Positions 1-12,000 of a stretch of DNA of 64,000 nt are shown piece by piece. A program made the translations under genes and the position numbers. Under the pieces are notes generated by a model that was given only the letters and a program-made list of their open reading frames with translations, did no database searches and was not told where the DNA came from. The stretch is from positions 4,836,001 to 4,900,000 of the forward strand of contig JBHGNT010000016.1 of assembly GCA_043228905.1 (NCBI GenBank). The letters run 5' to 3'. Source of the DNA: Azolla caroliniana (lineage: Eukaryota > Plantae > Polypodiophyta). Position 1 is the stretch's first letter. Each line of letters opens with the position of its first letter.

Positions 1-197
1 ATAATATATATGCTCTAAAAATCCATACAAAAGAGTTTTGGGTGACAATACACAAACAAAGAACTCGCAATCTTTGAAAATAAAGGAAACTTTGATAGGA
101 AGGATATGGGTGTTTTTGTATTACATAGAGCATGGGGTAATAGACATGCAAATATACTAAGATACATGATATGTATATTGTTGTTTAGTGATTGTAC

Positions 198-687
198 CCA
201 AGGGCCTCAAAGGTGAGGATGAGAGACATTGCAGAAACAGCAGCACTACTACTAAAGCTCTCCAGAGTCCATGTTGTGATGTGATCCAATCCACTCAGCA
301 TCGAACCCATGCCGACTGCCCCGGCCACCAATGCAAATACAAGAAAATACCTTGTCACCGTAATGTTCCCTGTCACTTAAATACATCAAACACACACATA
401 TCATGATGCACATCAATACCAACCATAGCATAAAGTATGTATCAAAATACACAAACAGTCAAATAAAACAAAACCAGAAAACAAAGATTTTCTCACAAGA
501 GCACATATTATGAGCCAAGATCAATACCATATTATGAGTATATTCTCTCTATATATATACCTTTGGTGGCGTTGTTGGTATTGATGAAGGTGTTGTGAAG
601 AGCCCATGCAGCCAAGACCAAGACAATGATGTGGAGCAAAGAGTTGAGGATTAGAAGAGGCCATGTGAAGACTCGTGGGTTGGCCAT
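198..687 (-). CDS. AWPM19: AWPM-19-like (PM19-like) membrane protein, first two exons; gene continues left of the window
   Basis: Exon 1 is 687-561 (MANPRVFTWPLLILNSLLHIIVLVLAAWALHNTFINTNNATK, then GT donor). Exon 2 is about 375-198 (TGNITVTRYFLVFALVAGAVGMGSMLSGLDHITTWTLESFSSSAAVSAMSLILTFEALG, then GT). This fits the family pattern as I recall it: P-L-L-x-L-N, G-N-x-A-T-x-Y-F-L-V-F-A, H-x-x-x-W, A-F-G. Confidence 0.85.
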
Positions 688-3000
688 CGTTTACATGTAT
701 GAGTTATGGAGAGAGAAAAGAAAAAAGAGCAGAAAAGAGAGAGAGAGAGACTGCATCCCCGCCTATATTCATTCACAACGGCCTCCATTCATCTAATCAA
801 TCAATACATATGAAGGCGACGAAGAAGAAGGGCTTTCTTTTCACACTTCCTAGCATTGTAAGTTATTAACAAGAAGAGGTCTTACACACACACAAACTGG
901 TTAAGGACTCTCCCAAACATATTTTTTGGCTTCTAATGAATCCAAATGGAATTGATAGGCTTGGTTGTTTGGTTTTATGGTAATCCAAGAATTCAATAAT
1001 CACCACAAATATATCAACGTTCGTGTAATTGGTAGTGTGATCCATAAACTGAATGTTTTAATATCTCGTCAAAATTCTAGGTATTTGATGGGGGGTATCG
1101 TAGTGATGATGATGTATCTCAATACAACACTTCATATGAAAAATCTTTCATACTGTAGTTTGATAGTTTGGATGGCCTTTAACAAGTAAAAATACCAAGT
1201 AAAGGAAAAAGTGATGTTGCCTATCTTAGGGTTGCAAGTGTTTGTTTATGGGTTTAGAACTCTCTCAAGGTGGGGTGGAGTTTTGTGAAATGCGCAAGTG
1301 CATGGAGTGTGATTCCAATGGTCCTTGCAAATGATGTAGTGGGATTTCAGCCCATTGTTATGGTACTAGTTTTAACTTTTAAGCCAACTTGTAATGAGAA
1401 TAACAAATAACACTAACACTAATAACATAGAAGAGTTAGGCAAGCACTCTTTGTCATCATTACAATAGAGGGAGGGTACTAAAATGAAAAAACAAAAGGC
1501 CCAAAAAGTCAAAGTGAATGAAACACAAAATGTGTATTCCTATGTGGTGTATAGTGTCATGTATCATGATTGAGGTTTATGTCCATAAGAACATGAACAT
1601 GGAGAAAGAATATTTGGTTTCATTTTTAATCCTTTCTCCTAGCCATAAATAAAGATGACATCTAGACCAATGAGCTTTGTCTAAACAAAGAATGCATCAA
1701 TTAAGATGGTATGAAAGTTCTTGTTGGTTTTGGAAAGTTGCTAGTATCTTCAAGGTCACTCTAAGAATTAGTGTAATTGATTTTTGAGGATAGTCCATGT
1801 GGAGACATCCGTTAATACAAAGTTTGGGCACATGCATTATCATATATTACTAAGAAATGCTAGTATTGCCCCATGCAAGGGAGGTGAATATGCTCTTATA
1901 AAGAAAACATTGCACACTACATTTGTTTTGAAGGCATTCGGTAATCTACAAATGTCTTACCTATTAAGTATATACCGAGAAATATTTGACTCACTAGTAA
2001 TAGCAATTCACAAACATCAACTATGTTGATTCATGTTCCATAGATGAAGCATGAAACATCCTCATATAACAGGTAATGTTAACTCTACCATTTTTTATTT
2101 TAAAAATACAAATGTAGAGTCATGATAAAAAAAAGAAACTTCCTAGTTGCATTCTGATATTTCCTTTTTCACATGCACCAAAAGGCAAGAGTTTAAATCT
2201 TTTATTGTTAAACCAGTTTTTCAATAGACTTGATTGCATATGAATAAAATGTCATTGCTCAACAACTACCCATCTTGTTAAATTGCGTACATCTACTTGA
2301 AATGTTATTTATTTTTATAAGAATTTGATGCAACACTTGATGCCTAACGACTTCCTTTAGTGTCAAGTGTTATTGATTCAATATCAGGTGCAAAAGCTTT
2401 ATCAATTTAATAAGATTATCACGATACCTACAAATCACTCAGCATTGGAATAAGTAAAAGTAATCACATAGGTCAATATTGTGAGGATTTATTGTGAGTT
2501 AGAGACTTCCCCTATTCGGGGTATATATGTTAATGGTCATATAGTTAATATATTCTTGTATTGCCCCATTATCTATCTCTATAGTGATACTAAGCACCGC
2601 AACTTCCAAGCTAATTATGTTCTAGACCAATACCCTCAAATATATTAATTTATATTGATGAGTGGAAGTTGTAAGGTACGAAAAAACAGAAGACAATGGA
2701 AAAACCACACTATTTAGACCACCTTGCTTTACAAGAATATGAGCAATGGGAGACTCAATAGAGAAACCAATGCTGTATGAATAGAAAACCAAAAGCTACA
2801 ATCTAATAGACCCATGATTCTTCTGAGAAGAAAAGCGCCATAAAGTGTATTATTGTTACATTTCTTCACTTAGATATCGTGAATTGCTGCTTTTAGTATC
2901 ATTTCGCCAATGAACTGGAACTCCTCTATAAAAATATGTTATGGCGAGTTGCTAATACCATTCATCTATGTCTTTGTTAAGGTCACAAAGCCTCTCCTCT

Positions 3001-6000
3001 CTATGCTCCTACACCTGCTGGAAGTTTATGTTGTGAATCTGTATCGCTAATTTTGCGATGGACACTGCTTGCCAAAAGATTAACCTGAACAAACAAATGC
3101 ATTTTTATTAGAAGCTGAAAAGAGTGCAAGAGAGCTTGCTGGCAAACACTTCGAAAACCACACTGTTAACTTGCTGGAATAACCTTACAATCTTGCATCA
3201 GCATTTAAAATTCGCTTATTTATACTAGAGACTAATCATTCGTATGCTTTCTCATCATTCAAGAAGATTCCCAAGCATCAATATCACATGACTTCAACAT
3301 ACATAAAGGGATTCTCAAAACAAACTGCCAAGTTTAGCTAGCTTTAATTTCTTTAATGTACCGTTTGAAATGACTAAATTATACAAGGGACTGGTTGTTC
3401 ATTACCTTTTCCCATCCTTAAAAGAGGTTTAAACCATCAATGGCACACAACCTTCACCTCTACCTCAACAAATGCCAAGAAGCAACCATGTGATACTCCC
3501 AACATAATTTTTACTTCTTTTCATAATCTATATATATGGTTTCAATCAAGATTTGGTCATAAGACCGGTAGATTGAATACATGTTAGCAAAGCATGAGCT
3601 TATTTCTCCCTCCAATGCATGTACTAAGAATGAGCAAACAGCTTTGTTTGACAAAAGCATAGCCATGCATGGAGAAGTTGTACCAGTGGTTAGCCTAAAG
3701 CAACAAGCAAAGCAATAAAGTATGGAAACTGCTTTCTAGCCCTGGCTAATGCAGATAGATTAGGATATACAATGGTTTATCAAAATCTTCAAGATCAGAT
3801 GTGATGACATGTTAGAACCCCAAGAGAGGTGCAAGCACAGTTCATTACTTGATGGGATCTCCATCCCTTCTATGTGAGATAAGAGGTTTCACTATTTTTA
3901 GTTACCTTGGCTTGGCTTCAGAGCATGCATATCTATGCATCACTTCACTATTTAAAAACGGTTTAACAGTTTGGTTCAGGCTTGAGCCGAGCCATTGCCG
4001 ATTCCTAGATACAAGGAGACACTTGAAACAAGACATGACTTGGTATTTGTATACAAAAAAGCAAGTGAAACCTTCCAATGACTTGTGAGGAGGAAGTTAC
4101 ATTTGAACCAGAGTACAAGTGGTTGCTGAGCAGTCCCCACCCATATGGCTCATGTCCACATCAATCAACATTTTTTATTCCAGAAGGTGAGAAATGTCAT
4201 TGATCGATTACAATTTGGGAAGGCCCAAGACCGTGATGGATTGGTACGTAAATTCTTTATCTATGCATGTGACATCTTGGTCCTACCTCTTGCATGCATC
4301 TTTAATAGAGCTACATGTGAAGGTTACCATTTACCAATCTTCAAAATCAAAGATTACACGATTCCTATCAGCTATAGAACAATCATAATTGGGCATTACA
4401 TGCCAAAGCTACATATGGCTCAAGTTTGACTGACAATTTGGCTTCCATTTATTATCCTTATTATTGCCTCAAGTTCATTTCCCTCGTCTTGAATTATGTG
4501 TTAAATTCATCACAAGATATCTCAACATGTTTAAGCAACAAACTTTATTCCTTTTAACCCAGTTTTTCAATTTGTTTTCTTGGTCTATTACCTTCACATG
4601 CAATAGTTTTAAGAAAGGAGGTTTATTCCTTCTGCAAGGGGATACTCATCTGCTCAATAATTCTTATTGTAAGGGGCCAAAGTCTTCATGTTGTTTGCAT
4701 GCTCTTATTATTTCCTATACAATAGTCCCATAAAATAGACTTGGGGTTCGTATATTGTCTACTTGCTGAAGTTATATTGAACTGACTTATTAATGACATC
4801 ACAATGTTGAATGTCGAAATCAAAGGTGAAGTTATATTGGTGTTTGAATTGGGTTTGCTATGATGTGTGTGAACACACGTAGGACTACAGGGGCATTTTT
4901 TCCCTCTTTAGGAGGTTTTTCCCGTCTAAAAATACTCTTACAGCCCTAAAGTGGTAAGAGCTTTTTGGGATTCAAAGCAAGAACCCAACAGTGGTATCAG
5001 AGCTACAAAGCGACATTTGAGCAGCAACACAACAGCTCTCATACGCAGTCCGTCTGTGCCATCTGTGGTGGCGTTTTTCTGCTGTTGAAAAAACAAATTT
5101 CTGCGTGTTTTCTTTCTCTACGCAGTTTCAGTTGTGTTTTTTTTCTGCTTCCAAGTCGATTCAATCCTAGAAAAAGCCTCCTTGATTCTTCCAAGACATT
5201 CCTATAACCCTCAGAAGTCAAAGAGGTACGTTATTCCCTTCAGCAGTCCATTTTTTACATCAAAACGTGTTCAGTCCACGGCCATGGCTGAGAGCAATGA
5301 CGTATTTCAGATGCTTGTTGTTGATGATAAACTGGATGGAACAAATTACCCTCTTTGGGCTTATATGATGCGCCATGTATTAGTAGCAAAGGGGTTGTGG
5401 AATGTGGTTCAAAGGGCTGAAAACTGTCCTGTTGTTGAGAACACAAATGTTGATGGTACTGATTCTGTTGAGGATGTTGATCATCATGCTAATGCTCATG
5501 CCCATGCTACAATTTCTATTGTACCAACTGCAGAGCAACTTCGTTGGGATGGCAAAGATGCTCAAGCACATGCTTTGATAGCTTTGTCTGTGAAACGTGC
5601 CATTATTCCCCATATTCGCTCTTGCAAGACAGCAAAGGATTTTTGGGATACTCTTACCACTTTGTACCAAGCAAGAAATGAGGCTCGTGTTGCTTATCTC
5701 CGAAAACAATTGCAGAGCGAGCACATGAATGAAGGTGACTCTATGGATAGTTTTCTTACAAAAATCAAAGATTTCAAGGAACAATTAATTTTTGTTGATG
5801 AAATGATACCAGATAGCTCACTTGTGCAGACCGTTCTAAATGGTCTTCCTGATTCATATCAAAGTTTTGCTTCTACTCTTCGTTTAATGATGAAAGGTAA
5901 TCCCAATGCCTTATCATTCGAGGAGCTAGTCTCTGTTTTGTTACAGGAAGATCAATCTAGGCAAAACAGGTCTATTATGCGTGTTGCAGATCAAGCTTTC

Positions 6001-9000
6001 CTAGCTAGTCAGAAGGGCAAAGGTAAATGGAACTCTTCTGCTAGCAAGCAAAGATTTGTTAATAATTCACAAGTGAACGAAAAAAAACAAGGGCAGAAAC
6101 AAAAACTATTTTGCAAATATTGTAAAGGAATTGATCATATTATAAAGAACTGTCCAAGATTGGCTGCAAAAGAGGCAAAGAAAAAAGAGGCAGGACTCGT
6201 TGTTGCAGAAGTTTCTACACCAAAAATAGAGTCAGCAAATCTTGTGCAGAATGAAGAATGGGCATTTACTATTGTTTGTAGTTTTGACCCATCTTCACTT
6301 GAACAATGTATGTCTATTGTACAATCAGATGTTTGGTACTTCGACAATGGGGCAACCAAACATATTACCTCGCAGCGCAATTTCTTCACTTCATTGGAGC
6401 CTGCCCCTACAGGGAATACTGTCACATGCGCCAACAACTCATCTTATCCAGTTATGGGTGTTGGCAAGATCATTTTGACTACTGCTGATGGTAGTCCTTT
6501 CATCTTGTCAGATGCTTTGTTTGTGCCAGGGATCAAGAAAAATCTGTTGTCAGTTTCAGCATTAGCCAAGGTTGGCTTGGTTGTTAAATTTGTTGATGAC
6601 AAGTGTACAGTTCATGATATGTCCAATGGGGATGTTATTATTGCTTCTGCCATTTTATGTCGTGGGCTGTATAAGCTCGTAGATTATGAACGATCTATAA
6701 ATGATTCAGCTTGTGCAATACAGGATTCTCAGGCTATTTTAGATGCAAAGATTTGGCATGCACGCTTTGGTCATCTGAATTTTGCAAGTTTGCTTCGCTT
6801 GCAGAAATCTGAAATGGTGTCCTCCTTGCCCAAACTTGAGGCACCTCGGAAGCATGTTTGTGAAGGCTGCATTTTGGGCAAAATGCACTGTTCATCCTTT
6901 CCAAAAGATGGTTCAGTTTGAGCTACGCAGAAATTGCAGCTTGTTCATAGCGATATCTATGGTCCTATGCAGACACATTCTCTTGGGAACTATCTTTATT
7001 TTGTGACTTTCATTGATGACTTTTCTAGACATGCATGGGTATATCCATTGAAGGCAAAGTCCGAAGTGTTTCTGTGCTTCAAACAATTTCTAGCTTTGGC
7101 TGAGAATTTGTCATCATGTAAAATGGGCACCCTCCGTTCTGATCGAGGGGGGGGAGTATATGTCTTCTGAGTTTAATGCATTTCTGGCTGAATGTGGGAT
7201 AAAACATCAGTGTACAGTGTCGTATACACCTCAACAAAATGGAGTTGCTGAAAGAAAGAACAGGTCACTCATGGAAATGGCGAGGTGTATGGTCAAAAGT
7301 CAGGCCTTACCACATAGTTTCTAGCTTGAGGCTGTCATGTGTGCAACATATGTACTTAACAGGTGTCCCATTAAAGCACTGCACTCTATCACTCCATATG
7401 AAGCTTGGCATGGCCAAAACCCATCTGTTGCTCATCTGCGTGTTTTTGGTTGTTTGGCATATGCATTAGTGCCTAAACAACAACGCAATAATTTGGATGA
7501 TAAAGCAGTGAAATGTATTTTTGTAGGATACAGTTCTGAAAGTAAAGGCTATCGTCTGTATCATCCACAATCTAAACGCATTTTGGTTAGCCGTGATGTT
7601 GTTTTTGTGGAGGATGCAATTCAGCCACTTCTTTCATGTACGAAGGAGACATCAGTTAGCTCCAGAGATGTGTATGACACTTTGTTGCCTCTGTTTACAA
7701 GTGGACAGTTAAGTGTTGGCCCACTTGAGGCACCTTCTCACCCTTTGGAAGCTACTCATAATGATGCAGATCATTCCATTTCTGATGCAGATCATTCAAT
7801 TTCTGATGCAGACTTACATGATGCACTTATTAATGAGAGGGCTGATATAGAGGAGGCAAAGACTGTGCCTAGATGGCTGTTGCAGACTTTGCAAGACAGT
7901 AAATTGGATTTTCCTTTGCCATACCGTACTCGTTCAAGTTATCATAGTGCTTTTGCATCAGATTGTTATGCAATGGCTGCCTCTAGTCTTTGCAATGAGA
8001 GTGAGCCTGTTTCTTTTGATGAAGCACAAAATCCAGAAAATTGGATGGCTGCTATGCAATCAGAATATGAGGCTATTATGAAGACTGGTACATGGTCTTT
8101 ATGTGACTTGCCCCCTGGCAAGAAGGCTATTGGCACTAAGTGGGTATATAAGCTAAAGCGTAAACCTGATGGAACAATTGACATGTATAAGGCTAGGCTT
8201 GTTGCGAAAGGTTATGCCCAAGAAAAAGGCATTGATTTTGATGAGAACTTTGCTCCCACCTGCCGTATGACTATTGTTCGTAGCATCTGTGCAATTGCAG
8301 CTCATCGTGGTTGGAATGTACATCAGTTGGACATTAAAACAGCATTTTTAAATGGTGATCTTCATGAGGAAGTGTATGTATCCCAGCCCCATGGTTTTGT
8401 GAAAAAAGGGCATGAACACAAAGTGTGCAGGTTGCGAAAGGCATTATATGGCTTGAAGCAAGCACCACGTTCTTGGTATGAAAAGATACATGCCTATTTG
8501 ATTGCATTTGGGTTTGAGAATAGTCCAGCTGAAAGCACCTTATATGTTAAGCATGCTGATGATGAATTTCTGATCATGGTTGTGTATGTCGATGATATGT
8601 TGCTCACTAGTCCCAATGAGAAGCATATTGCTGACTTTAAGGCTGATTTGCATGCCTCTTTTGAGATGTCAAATTTGGGGCATTTGCATCATTATTTAGG
8701 CATTCAATTTATGCAAGTTGATGGTGGAATAGCTTTGTGTCAATCGAAATACATTGACACATTATTGCAGCGTTTTGGCCTTGAAGACTGTAAACCTATT
8801 GCCACTCCCATGGAGACAGGTTTACGTTTGAGCCTTCATGATGCTGGAGATGCATTTGATGTTGTTCTCTATCAGCAAGCAGTTGGATGCTTGATTTACT
8901 TATGCATAACCCGACCTGACATTCAGTTTGCTGTCTCTCAGATGAGCAGGTTTATGCATTGCCCAGGAGTTAAGCATTGGCAGGCAGTTAAGCGCATCTT

Positions 9001-12000
9001 TCACTACTTGAGTGGTACCCGGTCACTTGGGTTGTTTTATCCCAAGGGGGGATCACTACCGCCAGACCTGCATGCTTTTTCTGACTCTGATTGGGCTGGT
9101 TGTTATGACTCTCGTGTGTTCACAAGTGGTTTTTGCTCATGCTTGGTAGCTCATGCATATCTTGGTTGAGCAAGAAGCAGCCTACTGTGGCCATTTCTAG
9201 TTGTGAGGCTGAGTATAACGCAGCTTTCACAGCTACAGTTGAGTGTGTGTGGCTCAGACGCCTTTTAGCTGATTTGGGTGTTGGTCAGTCTTCTGCCACC
9301 ACCATCTTCACCGACAGTCAAAGCGCAATGGCAGTTGCGAGGAACCCTGTGTTCCATGCTCGCACTAAGCACATCGAGGTGCATTATCACTATCTCAGGG
9401 AAAGGTTCTCCGCTGGAGAGATCAGTTTGTCTTATGTGCCCACGTAGGAGAACATTGCAGACCTCTTCACAAAGGCTCTGCATAGGGAGAAGTTTGAAGC
9501 TTTCCGCAAAGCTTTAGGCCTAATCCCATTTGTGGATTCATCTCTATCCAAATAGCTTGGCACTTGTTTAACCATGAGTGCCAACTCCTTGTTCACTGCA
9601 TCACTCCCAAGGGGGATTTGTTGACATATTTTGGTAGTGATGTGTGTGAACACACTTAGGACAGTGATGTGTGAACACACTTAGGACAATGATGTGTGTT
9701 AACACACTTAGGACAATGATGTGTGTGAACACATTTAGGACAGTAATGTGTGAACACACTTAGGACAATGATGTGCGTGAACACACTTAGGACTACAGGG
9801 GCATTTTTTCCCTCTTTAGGAGGTTTTTTCCCCGTCTAAAAATACTCTTACAACCCTAAAGTGGTACAGCTTTTTTGGGATTCAAAGCAAGAACCCAACA
9901 GTTGTTACAAATCATAGCTAGCACAATGATCCACTCTCTTCAGGTTTATATGGATTAGTATTTAACTACATGGAGAGTTTGGGTGGTTCAGACACATGCC
10001 TGGTGGGGATAGCCATAATATATGCTGATGACATTGAATTTATCTCTGAACCTCCAAAGAGACTATAAAGATGCTTTGAAATCTTATCAGTAAACCTTCA
10101 TGAAACTAACATGATGGTGTTTAACAACATTCAAGTACAGCTGACAAGATCAGAACCAAAATTCTTCTAGGGACAGGAAAAGGTGGTATATACACAATCC
10201 TACCAATTTAGGAGCTCCCAAAGCAAAGATACTCGAGACTAGCACTTATGTCCTCAAAATAGTGTAGAGAAGTGAAGATAGAATGACAATTTTCTGAAAT
10301 ATCTGAAGGCAGAGTTATAGAAACTAAAAATGATTATGGGGTTTAACGCATAGGAGAGAAAAGAAATCAGAAGCAGTTCTGCAAAACAAAGGCCCACTAG
10401 TTGAAAAAAAATGTAAAAGGTAGGAGTGCACACACACACACAAACTGTGCTATTCAAGATACATAGAATATAATATTAGAAGAACTTTAAATGCTGATAG
10501 GACGGATAAGTCATGGCGTCATAAATATGTATCTAATGCTGAGTGGGCATCTTGTTCAAGGATCCCATTCAGTGTACAAAATATTCTTTTAGAAGTTGTA
10601 CAGTTCTGAAAATGAGACTGTACAACTCAAACAGAAGTCCGAAAATATTAAATTATATAAAAACTCGTGTTCAGTTTAACAGGAGCAACCTAAGGGCCTT
10701 TAATCCTAACAAATAGCTGGCTGAATATGGAGATGATAATTGCTGCTATGCTGAAATGCAAGTATACAAGAATGCTTCCAGTTGCATGGCATAAAAATAA
10801 ATGCACTATCCCTGAACTTAAAGTGGAATAGAATAGAGTATTATGCATGCAAATCTACAGAAGAACGGATCTGCCAATTGTATCTTTGAGGGCTGGAATT
10901 GGAAGAATCCCATGTTTGCCATTTTTCTTCCTTTTTATGAAATAAGAGGGAGATACCGATGCCTCTTCATACAATGCTTTGGCCCACTATGCAAGGACCT
11001 CAAGTGCTAACCTCACTAGATTCTTTAGTATCTATGTTTAGTTATATTTATTTTCATTTGTTGTTCTCCAAGATGAGACAACATTTCAATATGTAATTTC
11101 TTGTTCGATCCTACAGAAGACTATTGTGCCCTCTTAAAGAAGTTCATATAACTTTCTTTCTTTATTTATTGCCTTTGATGTGCAGAATTGAATAATCAAA
11201 GACAAGGATAATCATATTTCAAACCTAATTTGAAGTAATTATAGGCTAATTACTACAACTCACATTTATTTTTTCATTTTCAACGAGGCAAAACTTCAGC
11301 ATAAACCTAAACCTAATTTAAGTCATTCATGGCCACTTGTCACGACTCATTTATTTTATTAGTTACAATGATGCAAAACTTCAAAATAAACCCAATTAAA
11401 ACAACTCATCAACAATTTTCGTGTAATTGAACGCATAGATCTAACCTTCAATATCTCAGATTTAGGATGAGATTGGAAGTAAGCAGCCAGCACACTGAAA
11501 TGGAAATCCTGCAAGTTATCCACAAATTTGGAATCAAATAATGGATGTTATTAATAGAAATATATTGCATACATTTAAATAACTTACCCTAAAAGGATCC
11601 CCACGTAAAGATTGAACATATATGGAGTTCCTTGAGCATCGGCCCTGTATAAATAAATAAAATAAAACTCTTAACGCCTGTGAAATATGATAAATTTAGT
11701 GAAAACATTGCTTTAGTTGAAGCACACGAACAGGCCAGGTGTTAAAGGTTCTCTTGTGCTGCAATTCATTTGCAGACTAACTTTCCCATTACCACAAAGA
11801 ACCAGGTATTTTGTTTTTTTCCTTTCTTTTTGGCTCTTCATTATTTCTCAAATTTTTGTCCAAATATTCATTGCTATGTATCATTTACCAATCTATTGTA
11901 GAAGGTGCATAACTTTACATACATCCAGCACTTTCTGAATAACTGTCTAATCACCTCAGTGACCTGAGAGTCTTGCACCTCAAAGGAGCTAGGTAACTTC

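Larger units (their letters stand above)
4805..9900 (+). mobile_element. Ty1/copia LTR retrotransposon (defective) in the last intron of DHU1
   Basis: 5' LTR about 4805-4990 and 3' LTR 9619-9900 share the end ...GATTCAAAGCAAGAACCCAACA. PBS TGGTATCAGAGC (initiator tRNA-Met) at 4992-5003, PPT AAGGGGGA at 9609-9616. Domain order is gag-PR-IN-RT-RH. The 5' boundary is uncertain and no TSD is visible. Confidence 0.93.

Noticed and set aside
7141-7160. Programmed frameshift at the G run in the copia integrase
   Set aside because: It falls inside the catalytic DRGGEY motif of an element with several other lesions, so it is a homopolymer slip or sequencing error.
9636-9793. Palindromic 25-27 bp repeats resembling a CRISPR array
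   Set aside because: Units are contiguous with no unique spacers, lie inside an LTR, and there are no cas genes in this eukaryotic sequence.
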